Shown here one piece after another: positions 10,567-19,112 of a stretch of DNA of 64,000 nt. Within the stretch, counting starts at the first letter, position 1, and every line of letters starts with the position of its first letter. The stretch lies in assembly GCA_937625935.1 (NCBI GenBank), contig OW569363.1, positions 372,001-436,000 on the forward strand. Reading direction: 5' to 3'. The notes under the pieces were generated by a model that worked only from the letters and a program-made list of their open reading frames with translations, had not been told where the DNA came from and made no database searches. The stretch comes from Tetramitus jugosus (Eukaryota > Protista > Heterolobosea). Made by a program: the position numbers and the translations under genes.

Positions 10567-10752
10567 ATGGACGAAATGGACCTTGCTGAGATTAGGGTGC
10601 TACTCCTAGGCTTTCCAGGTGTAGGCAAGTTTTCGCATCAGGTTCAATTCCTTGTATCAGATGTTTTTCGGCAAAATTATGAGTATATGTGTTACAGCGT
10701 TTTCATTGGTAATAGTATTTGTTATAGCGGCTCTATTGATACGAAACAGTAA
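10567..10752 (+). pseudogene. Ras-family small GTPase fragment
   Basis: IRVLLLGFPGVGK (degenerate G1), then an early stop; I could not build an intact spliced model. Confidence 0.45.
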
Positions 10753-10890
10753 GCAGTCTATAGCAGAGAAGAGCGAATTCATGAACAGAATGCTTACAGA
10801 TCGAATGAATCTGTTTCAAGCGTTTGCTTCTGTCGAAGATGGTAAGATTGTGATTACAGTAATCACTTCTTTTGCTACTGTTAACAAGTT

Positions 10891-10968
10891 AGAGTGAAAA
10901 CGCGTTTTCATCACATTGGTCACTGTCATAGTTACAACCAACACAAAGTGAAAACGCGGTTTCACTCT
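10891..10968. repeat. Pair of palindromes forming a short inverted-repeat (MITE-like) unit
   Basis: TGAAAACGCGTTTTCA (perfect, 10895-10910) and AGTGAAAACGCGGTTTCACT (10947-10966); outer arms AGAGTGAAAACGCG / CGCGGTTTCACTCT have one mismatch. Confidence 0.5.
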
Positions 10969-10992
10969 TTAACCCCGAGAGTGCACGTGAAA

Positions 10993-11095
10993 TTATTAGA
11001 TGACAAAGATATAGTGGTGGAGGCAGTGAGACAGAACGGAAATACTCTTTTGCATCAAACAGATTGAGAAATGACAAAGACGTACTCCAACCAAT
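10993..11095 (+). pseudogene. DUF4116-like repeat relic
   Basis: LLDDKDIVVEAVRQNGNTL, then a frameshift to FASNRLRNDKDVL, the consensus of DUF4116 repeats known to be expanded in Naegleria. Confidence 0.6.
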
Positions 11096-11191
11096 GAATA
11101 GTACTATCCACAAGTCTGTGAACAAGTAACCATGGATCATTATATTCTATCACAGTTCAAAGTATGAATTTAGTCCAATAAACAAGAGTGT

Positions 11192-12277
11192 TTAATATTG
11201 TTTGTGGGTTGGTACAATCTGCTGTGGTCCCTTTGCTCCAGTTTGCTGGATTGCATGAGACAATGCATCATGACCTGTACGATCTTCAGGGTCTAACCAA
11301 CACTCTACAGTTCTGATGAATTGAGCAGCTGTTGCATCACCAATCTCATCAAAGTCCTTACCATCCACCTTTGCATATGCATTGTACTTGCTATCCCACC
11401 AGAATCTGGCAGTCATCTTGGATGCCTCAATTGCCCAATTGTAGATAAAACTGATGCTCACCATATTCAACCAGCTAATGGCATTGTTGGAATACAGAAT
11501 GATCAACCACAATCCAAGAGTGACCAACATGAACTCACTAACAGCCTTCACAAACACAACTGGTCTCAATGCCAACAATCCACCTTGGTTGTTGATAAAG
11601 GTATTCAACATGTTACTGACACCATATTCATCATCAATCTGTCTCTGCTTCTTACCAATGGTGATCAATTGCTTTGCCATCATAATCAAAGCACTGTTGA
11701 TGCTTGAACCAGTAGCTCTAACACCATGCTTGTGGACTCCACACTTCTTGACAATTGCTAGTGCAAAGTCATCACTAATTCCCTTGATATCATTCACGTC
11801 AAACTTGACACCTCTCAAATTGTGAACTGTAACTTGAGATAGAGCGGTAACGGTATCCTTTACAGCCAATACCAACTTCTTGCTATTGTCATTCTTCTCA
11901 GCAAGTGATCCAACATAATTGACACCAAATCCATCTAATGCACCATAGGTGGCTGCAAGCTTTTGATATCCATCTCTGTATGCCACAATACAATATGCAA
12001 TGAAACCAAGTACAAATGAACCCATCAGTGCACTCACACCTGATAAAACATTGGCATTCATTGATACATCAATTGCCAATCCCCTCAGTACATTCACAAT
12101 AATTCTCACAGCCCATGCTGTACCTGCTGCCCATACAATAGATCTCAGAATGGCTCTATTATCTCTGAATACTATATCAAATAAACCACTTGATGCCTTG
12201 CTCACATAGTTTGATCCATTCTGTCCACCATCCAATAAATCACCATATGTGTTATGTAAATCACTTCTTAGTGACAT
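11192..12277 (-). CDS. Divergent bestrophin-like (UPF0187/bacterial-type) membrane channel protein
   Basis: Two N-terminal TM helices, FVLGFIAYCIVAYRDGYQKL (aligns with the F..F....AY.R..E..K motif), a helical cytosolic region, two more TM helices, then WAIEASKMTARFW; strongly CpG-depleted. Confidence 0.5.
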   Translation of the reverse strand: MSLRSDLHNTYGDLLDGGQNGSNYVSKASSGLFDIVFRDNRAILRSIVWAAGTAWAVRIIVNVLRGLAIDVSMNANVLSGVSALMGSFVLGFIAYCIVAYRDGYQKLAATYGALDGFGVNYVGSLAEKNDNSKKLVLAVKDTVTALSQVTVHNLRGVKFDVNDIKGISDDFALAIVKKCGVHKHGVRATGSSINSALIMMAKQLITIGKKQRQIDDEYGVSNMLNTFINNQGGLLALRPVVFVKAVSEFMLVTLGLWLIILYSNNAISWLNMVSISFIYNWAIEASKMTARFWWDSKYNAYAKVDGKDFDEIGDATAAQFIRTVECWLDPEDRTGHDALSHAIQQTGAKGPQQIVPTHKQY

Positions 12278-12378
12278 TATAATTTCTTGTACTGAGTGTT
12301 GTTGTTGCTGTATCAACACTGTACCATGCCAATACTTGAAAAAATAACATCATCAGATCACCTGCTGAAAATAAAACA

Positions 12379-13049
12379 ATGATACGAAACACCCCTAATC
12401 CACAACATTCATCATCTACCACAACACAGGTTGGTACTGATGATGATACTTTACAGCCCATATTACAATCACTCAGTACATTACAAACCATGTTGAACAA
12501 AGAGATGGTATACCTAGAATCACATACCAACATCAAGAGAATGAATTTGTGTATCCACTATGACACTAGTATTGATCTATTGAACCGATTTGTAGTGGAG
12601 AAGGATCTCAGGTCATACGCTCTCACATTCAAAAAGCAGAACATTAGCACTACTGGCATACGAGATTGCTTTAGATTGGTACATGATAAGAATGAGTCTG
12701 AGAGAATATTCAAAGAAGCATGTGACAATGTCGACAATCATCTTCTCAAATAGAGAGTATGTTTAGTTATGCTGGTAGAGTAACAAGAATCAATACCAAA
12801 CAAGACTTCTTAAACTATTTCATTGCACAAATCAACAAAGAGAAGAAGTCTCTATGTGATACCCGATGTGAGGACACTGAACGAAACATCAAATACTTTG
12901 AGTATGTAATACAAACACTGGAATCATATCATGATTTGTCATGTGTTGTTACAGAGACTATGCAAGTGTTTGAGCTGTTATTCAACAATAATCAGAAGCG
13001 TATTAAGGAGGAGATAGACCTAATTGCAGCAATGATTAGATGTGATTGA
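12379..13049 (+). pseudogene. Hypothetical helical protein split by a probable 1-nt frameshift (ORFs 12379-12753 and 12759-13049)
   Basis: The second frame is open from 12726 and reads SQIESMF across the first ORF's stop; restoring one base at CATCTTCTC fuses the two ORFs. Confidence 0.45.
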
Positions 13050-13153
13050 GATCAGCTCACAAATTTATAGTATGTCAATACAACTCATAAATTAATCATT
13101 TCACTACCTTCTGTTTGTACTTCTCCTCAATGGCAGTAATTCACTTTGTATGA

Positions 13154-13672
13154 TTAGTTGATATTGTCCTCAATATCCTTTGCAAGTAGGTTACTTCTCT
13201 CCTCAATGGCTTGTTTATGATTTGGTTGTGCTGCCAATATCTTGTTGTACTCTGTGATTGCAGTCTCTGTTGCACCAAATGCACTCAACACTCTTGCCAA
13301 GCAACACAAGTTATCTGGACAATGACGTATCATAACAACATTGGATGCCTCATTCAATGCTCTGTATAGCTCACCAGTCTTGATGTAAAAGTCAGCTCTA
13401 TCACGCCTCTTCTTCATGTAGATCTCCACATCAGATGGTGGTAATTTGTGAACCTCAGATCTTGTGACTGCTTCTGTTCCATTTATATTCACTATCTTGA
13501 CACCATCAATCAATATCACACCACCAGTTGTGACTGTTCGACGTGGAATAAGGTCTTCTGGTGGAGTGTGTTGATTCTGTCTGGTTGTTGAGTAGCTTGT
13601 GGTGATATTGTGGTTCCTTCGTTGTAAAAAGCTCCGGATGGTGCAAAAATAACCCACGCATTCAAAAAACAT
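13154..13672 (-). CDS. Small TPR-repeat protein (start uncertain)
   Basis: RADFYIKTGELYRALNEASNVVMIRH and LARVLSAFGATETAITEYNKILAAQPNHKQA are TPR units. Confidence 0.6.
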   Translation of the reverse strand: MFFECVGYFCTIRSFLQRRNHNITTSYSTTRQNQHTPPEDLIPRRTVTTGGVILIDGVKIVNINGTEAVTRSEVHKLPPSDVEIYMKKRRDRADFYIKTGELYRALNEASNVVMIRHCPDNLCCLARVLSAFGATETAITEYNKILAAQPNHKQAIEERSNLLAKDIEDNIN

Positions 13673-13690
13673 ACATAGCACCAAAAAACA

Positions 13691-14488
13691 ATGGCACAAG
13701 CCTTCTATGAGTGTGGATACGTTGTGAACTACGGAAAGCAAAAGAAGCATCATAGCACAAATGAAGACCTTGTGTACACCAATGGACATAGATTTTCTAT
13801 CGTACACAAACAAACAGATTTGCAGCAGAGAACGGTTTTCCCTTTGCAGAATTGTCCAAACAATTGGACACCGAAGGATGAAACAGATGTATCAGAGATT
13901 TATCTAGATGATCAAACAGTAAGAATTGGTTCTCTGTATGTTCCCAAAAGTGTATTGACAGCAATTGCCACAAGCAAAGCGAAAACGTACCCATTCGAGA
14001 AGCAAGCATACCTTTTGTCGATTGCAAACATGGCTAGTGTCCCCAGCAATTCAATGCTAGAAACAGCAAACAGCACTAGTCATTGCCACAAATTGCTAGC
14101 CTCACACATATTGCAATTTTTTTCTGTTGGTGTAAGTGAAGAGCAAACTGATCACAAGCATTATGTAAGAGGACATATTTTACCGTTTAGTCATATTGAT
14201 TCAAATTCAGCCATTTATAAAATTTTGAGCAAATTGACGGTACAAAACATGGTGATCATTAGTCGTACTGAATGGAACAATAAGGACAAGCATCAAAAAT
14301 TCTTCGTTTGTCTTCAAGTGAAGGGAACCTACCGCCCAAACCTAATCAGACAGCTCGACAAACGAGATCTTGGTCCAGATTTTTACCAATGTAACAAGTT
14401 TCAGGCAATTTCAAAAAAAGACTTGCAAACCTTGGAAGATGGAGTGATTGATCGATTTCAAAAATTAGTGTCATGTAAATCAATTTGA
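13691..14488 (+). CDS. Putative His-Me finger (non-specific endonuclease-like) protein
   Basis: Good AAAAAACAATG start context; YVRGHILP...QNMVII...WN resembles the DRGH...N..P...N beta-beta-alpha-metal motif. Confidence 0.45.
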   Translation: MAQAFYECGYVVNYGKQKKHHSTNEDLVYTNGHRFSIVHKQTDLQQRTVFPLQNCPNNWTPKDETDVSEIYLDDQTVRIGSLYVPKSVLTAIATSKAKTYPFEKQAYLLSIANMASVPSNSMLETANSTSHCHKLLASHILQFFSVGVSEEQTDHKHYVRGHILPFSHIDSNSAIYKILSKLTVQNMVIISRTEWNNKDKHQKFFVCLQVKGTYRPNLIRQLDKRDLGPDFYQCNKFQAISKKDLQTLEDGVIDRFQKLVSCKSI

Positions 14489-15397
14489 ACAATTGGCAGT
14501 CTCAATCAAATCAACATCCTTCTCGACATCAAAATCTAAATCTGGATCTTCTTGTTCATCAAATACAAAGTCAGAAGCAGCTTCCCATTCCTCATAGTCC
14601 TCAACATTGTCATAAACAAATTTTGTCGCTTTGATCATACTGCCTTCAAGTTTGGTTGGTTTATCAAAATAGTAGTACTCATGCAAAGTAAACACCTCTG
14701 AATTCGCATCCTTATACTCACGCAAGAATTGACCATTTTCTACGAGTTGATTGTAGTGATCAACGTTATGTTCACTCAAAAATTTTCCCATCTTGCTTCT
14801 TGCTGGTTGTTGGGGGACATATTGCAGTGTGGACTCGGGAATTGCAGTTTTGTGAGAGAAGGCCGCACTGACCTGTTCTTCAAAATCTTCAATAAAAGTA
14901 GCAGAGGTATAGTGTCTTTCATCTGTGTAATAGGAATTATCAATCTTCAGTCTGAATCGTGTAGTGCAATTTGTTGGGACAAACATTAGTCTTTGAACCT
15001 TAAATGTGGCTATAGGTTGTAGTCTATCTTTTAGATCATTTGGTACAGTTACGTTTTCCTCTTCGAGTCGTTTCATGACATACGATGTAGCAGCATTCTT
15101 TTCATCGAAGGTTTTCTCAATATATATGATGTCACTATTTGTAGTTGAACCTGTGTACTTCTTCACGGACCATTCATCTTTCCTTCTTTTCAGCCATAAA
15201 CCGTTGTGAATCAAAAAGAGATCATTAGTATCAAAGAATTCCTCTTCATAATCTTCAACCTCAACTTTGTGGGGAGGGAGGGAGTCCAACAACTGATGCA
15301 TAGTTGAGACTGCGAGGGTAAAGTGGTAGTGGAGAGAGAATTTGCTCGACTTAGCATCAACAACCGCAATCGACCCTGCAGGAAATCTCTTGGTCAT
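14480..15397 (-). CDS. CYTH/thiamine-triphosphatase-like protein
   Basis: FFDTNDLFLIHNGLWLKRRKDEWSVKK, LQPIATFKVQR, FRLKID and SKMGKFLSEHNVDHYNQLVENG match the THTPA family; the N-terminal ExExK motif is absent. Confidence 0.7.
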   Translation of the reverse strand: MTKRFPAGSIAVVDAKSSKFSLHYHFTLAVSTMHQLLDSLPPHKVEVEDYEEEFFDTNDLFLIHNGLWLKRRKDEWSVKKYTGSTTNSDIIYIEKTFDEKNAATSYVMKRLEEENVTVPNDLKDRLQPIATFKVQRLMFVPTNCTTRFRLKIDNSYYTDERHYTSATFIEDFEEQVSAAFSHKTAIPESTLQYVPQQPARSKMGKFLSEHNVDHYNQLVENGQFLREYKDANSEVFTLHEYYYFDKPTKLEGSMIKATKFVYDNVEDYEEWEAASDFVFDEQEDPDLDFDVEKDVDLIETANCSN

Positions 15398-15764
15398 TAT
15401 ATGTTCACGTGTCGTTATTTTTGTTTTTTTTCGAAAAATCATCAACGTTGATCACCAACTTTATTGAACCTCCTTCGATTCGCAACGTTTTTGAAAAAGG
15501 ACCCTCCCCCTCAAATTTCAATTATAGAGCGGAGAATAAAGTTTATTGGATTCACTCTTGTGTTATGAGGTGATGATAGTGCAAGAAAAACGACTTTGTT
15601 GTTTTGAACAACAATGTTGGTTCCAACATAAAGTTCGTGTTCGAAAAAATTAGTTTCACTCCAATTTCTGCTGTTGGATCTCTCTTTAAAAATTCGATCA
15701 ATTGACTCGTGGTTTCTGTCAAAGAAAAAACAACACAACCCAACAACAACAACAAATCAGAATT

Positions 15765-15983
15765 ATGCGACGAGAGGGCAGAATCGGAGGCGTTCCCACA
15801 AACAAGACCAAAGATCGTAGTCGATGCAGTAAATCTGGATGTTCCCAGTGCCATCAACATCCAGTGACCAAGAGCTCTTGCAAAATTAAGGGACAGAAGA
15901 ACAAGGGCTCACTGAGACGACATCATCAGCTCATTAGTGATCATCTCTCATTCGATTTTAGCTTTACTGCAGAACAACTGTAG
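15765..15983 (+). CDS. 72-aa basic Cys/His protein resembling a plant uncharacterised family (M[KR]REGR...PTN...CxxxxCxxCHxHPxxKS)
   Basis: MRREGRIGGVPTNKTKDRSRCSKSGCSQCHQHPVTKSSCKIKG; preceded by the CA-rich leader typical of genes in this window. Confidence 0.65.
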   Translation: MRREGRIGGVPTNKTKDRSRCSKSGCSQCHQHPVTKSSCKIKGQKNKGSLRRHHQLISDHLSFDFSFTAEQL

Positions 15984-16428
15984 GCAGAAAGCCCAGAACA
16001 ACAAAGCAAATCAACACCACTAGTTTACGTGGTTCTCCTTCTCTCTTCTTCCATCTCAAAGGCAAGAAGAAGCTTGTTTTCCTGTTTGGTCGTGTGCTGT
16101 GATAACGTAACAGTGCACTCGTCCATGAAAAGGAAAAATTTCAGCAAACCCAACCAACAAAAACCCCCAATCCTGTAAATAAAACACGAGGATCGCATCT
16201 GCATCAGTCAGATAGAGATGTTCAACACACCAACCAATCCCCACTTGTTCCAATCTTCTTCTCTCCACAACTCAAATACAACCATCGACTCATTTCCGAC
16301 CGCCAATCGGAAAAATGCATTTCCACGCGCAAAAAAAAAACATTTTCCACAAACACACCGCTTTCATCAACCACAATCATCATCTTTGAAAGAGTGAAGG
16401 GTTCATCAAACAACACCACATCGAAACA

Positions 16429-16953
16429 ATGAGCTCCTTTCTCACCAAAACAATCACCCCTACCATACAAACATTTAAGAACAACAAGTCAATGGTGCAG
16501 ACACTGATGGGCACTCTGCCCTACAGTGCTTCATTTGTCAAGGTTGATAACAAGTGGAAGAAACCACAGCTCTCCACGCGTAAAGTAAAGGAACTTGAAC
16601 GTGCTGCCATCTTCCACAACATTCCATATGATCCATCCATTTTCACCCTGTACAAGAAACCAGCAACAGAGTACACCAAGCACGGTTTTATTAAGCCATT
16701 CAAGGGAAGGAAATCAGCAGAGAAGAATCACGATGCAAGATTGGATAAGATTGTGGATGCACTCAAGACTATGAGACCAAAGATGGAGAAACTGAGGTTG
16801 GAAGAACAACAGAGACGTTACAAGGACTTTTATGATCTTGGTCAGTTTGGTAAGGGTATTAAGAATGCCAAGGGTCGTGGTATGATGTACCAAGCCAATG
16901 CTAACAAGAAGAAGAAGAAGGACTCGAAGAATGTTAAGAAAAAGAAGAAGTAA
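16429..16953 (+). CDS. Mitochondrial ribosomal protein mL59 (yeast MRPL25-like)
   Basis: WKKPQLSTRKVKELERAA and KPFKGRKSAEKNHDARLDKIVDALKTMRP; basic protein with a presequence-like N-terminus. Confidence 0.75.
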   Translation: MSSFLTKTITPTIQTFKNNKSMVQTLMGTLPYSASFVKVDNKWKKPQLSTRKVKELERAAIFHNIPYDPSIFTLYKKPATEYTKHGFIKPFKGRKSAEKNHDARLDKIVDALKTMRPKMEKLRLEEQQRRYKDFYDLGQFGKGIKNAKGRGMMYQANANKKKKKDSKNVKKKKK

Positions 16954-17044
16954 ATTTTATAAACAAAAAAAAGTATTATTCGTGTCAACAACTGTGAGTT
17001 AATCTCTTTTGTGATCGTGTAAGTATATTTATTTACAACAGGGA

Positions 17045-19009
17045 TTAGATTGATGGGATATCGTCACTGCTCTCTCTAGCACTACTCCTTGGTTTGAGGT
17101 CCAATCGTACGGGGGAGGCAGTAGGCGTAGATGATGTTGTGGTGGATGTGTTTGACTGGTCTGTGCTTGAGTCACTTGCCCGGAAGTCGCGAACCATGGA
17201 CTGTTTCGCTTGAAAACGATCCTTGTTTTGCTCACAGAACTCCTTCCAATAGCTTTGGCAATTGGAAATCAGACTGTCTCTGGTGTAAGTGTTTCTCACT
17301 AACTGGTCACACAAGAGCTTGATGCTGTCTTGGGTAGAATCATCAATGACATCTGGGTACAACACCTTCAATTGGGACCCAATAACGGGCATGTTCTCGC
17401 TGAGAAAGTCTCTCATCTCTATTGCCATTTGGTGGAACCGATGATTCTCGCCGCACTTGTCGGACACCATATACACCCAAGAGAAGAACAGAGCACATCT
17501 TCGAGGGAAACTACTCTCGTTGCCTTGCAAGTTTACACTTTTGCTCATCAAAGCTACGGAAGCAAAGATGGCATCTTGAATAAGACCGCAGTTCAGTAAC
17601 AAATCCTCTTCGTCAATCACCATCGTGTGTCCCTCATCATCTAAAATTCCCATCTCCAGTATATGACCGGCACATATATGCAATAGTAAGTCATGAATTT
17701 GGTAGTCCGGATGTAACCAGAGGACAGCAAACTCATCTATATCCAACGTCAAGGCTCCCAATAGTTTCATTGACAACATTTTGATCTCAAGATCTCTCAC
17801 GAACAATCCGTTGTAAACAATCAACGGCAGGGCTATTTGCTGGTCCGTTCCAAGATGTCGAATCATTGTTTGGTCTAAAACTTTCTTGAGAGGCTTCTCT
17901 GGTATTACACATAAAGTGTGAAATATAGAATAAAGCCTGACACATATCCTGAAACAAAGCTCACTTTCATCACTATTGTGCCACGTACTCTCATTCAATA
18001 ACTGTGTTTGATTGTATTGAAGAAGCAATAGAAAACTTCGAATAGTCAATCCCAATATGAATGGCTCGATAATTGACGAGCGATCCGGACCGTTTTCGAT
18101 GGTCGAACCAATGCATAACACATGATAGATAAAGTCACAACACCCAAGAATCGATGGAAAGAACTTATAGTTAAAGTATGATGTCATTCGTCTCACTATT
18201 GACTTAACATGGAGCAGGATTTCATTTCGTATGACTAACGATGTTAGGTTCTTTCGGTTGGAACAGTTGAGGAAGAATCGAGTGAGAGCAGTGATCATTC
18301 TTTGAAACATTGGTTGTCTCCATTCAAATTCTGCCCATTTCTCCCTCTTAATCAAATCAAAATTCAACTTGAGCACCTTGGATGTCGATTGAAGAAACTC
18401 ACGTTGATTCAAGGTGCTAATGTCTCTCCATATCTTTGGATCTTCTAAGAAAAGCTCTATGTAACAATTGTGTCGCAACTTATCACTTACGTGAGCTGCT
18501 GATTTGGTCATATATCTTTGCTCATACTGTTCACGAGTGATTCTTGGAAGCTCCATTCCTGTCAGGTAGGACACATAACCAATGTAATGTTCTAATGTAC
18601 ATATGTAGTGCTCCATTATGCCGTCATTATCCATCTCTGATGCATTGTCGATTGACTCACTGATAATATCCAACAATAGATGTTGATACCCTCGACATCT
18701 GGTCGTCGATGCCATATGAACGCAAGCTATTGCCCTGTTAATTGCGAAACGTAGCCAAACATTCACACTTTCCTCCCTGTTAAAAGTGAATACTAGGCTT
18801 GATAACGGTGTATATCCTACGTCTGCAATAGAATTCTGAGTTTGATTCTTCAATTGTTCAGCTCCTTCTTCAACGCTCTTCTTTGTTTCCTTCAACTTTT
18901 TCGTTAGATCCTGTATCTCCTTGACAAGTAGATCTTTCCTGTAGAACAGCGACCGAAATTGTGGTAGTTGCCCAACAAGTGGCGGTCTCTCCTTCATCTG
19001 CTGATTCAT
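17045..19009 (-). CDS. Hypothetical protein (N-terminal coiled coil, probably alpha-helical repeat)
   Basis: 654-aa ORF; no recognised motif. Confidence 0.75.
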   Translation of the reverse strand: MNQQMKERPPLVGQLPQFRSLFYRKDLLVKEIQDLTKKLKETKKSVEEGAEQLKNQTQNSIADVGYTPLSSLVFTFNREESVNVWLRFAINRAIACVHMASTTRCRGYQHLLLDIISESIDNASEMDNDGIMEHYICTLEHYIGYVSYLTGMELPRITREQYEQRYMTKSAAHVSDKLRHNCYIELFLEDPKIWRDISTLNQREFLQSTSKVLKLNFDLIKREKWAEFEWRQPMFQRMITALTRFFLNCSNRKNLTSLVIRNEILLHVKSIVRRMTSYFNYKFFPSILGCCDFIYHVLCIGSTIENGPDRSSIIEPFILGLTIRSFLLLLQYNQTQLLNESTWHNSDESELCFRICVRLYSIFHTLCVIPEKPLKKVLDQTMIRHLGTDQQIALPLIVYNGLFVRDLEIKMLSMKLLGALTLDIDEFAVLWLHPDYQIHDLLLHICAGHILEMGILDDEGHTMVIDEEDLLLNCGLIQDAIFASVALMSKSVNLQGNESSFPRRCALFFSWVYMVSDKCGENHRFHQMAIEMRDFLSENMPVIGSQLKVLYPDVIDDSTQDSIKLLCDQLVRNTYTRDSLISNCQSYWKEFCEQNKDRFQAKQSMVRDFRASDSSTDQSNTSTTTSSTPTASPVRLDLKPRSSARESSDDIPSI

Positions 19010-19112
19010 TGCTTATTGCTGACCTCTCAGTTCTTTGAAGTTTAGATCTTGAGCAATCCGTTTTCTTGTACTCTGAAAAAGTCAATTACCATATTTGGAT
19101 TCCAACATTTAT

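Noticed and set aside
12751-12790. Stop-codon readthrough or an alternative genetic code
   Set aside because: Readthrough meets another stop within ten codons; conserved genes here use TAA, TAG and TGA as normal stops.
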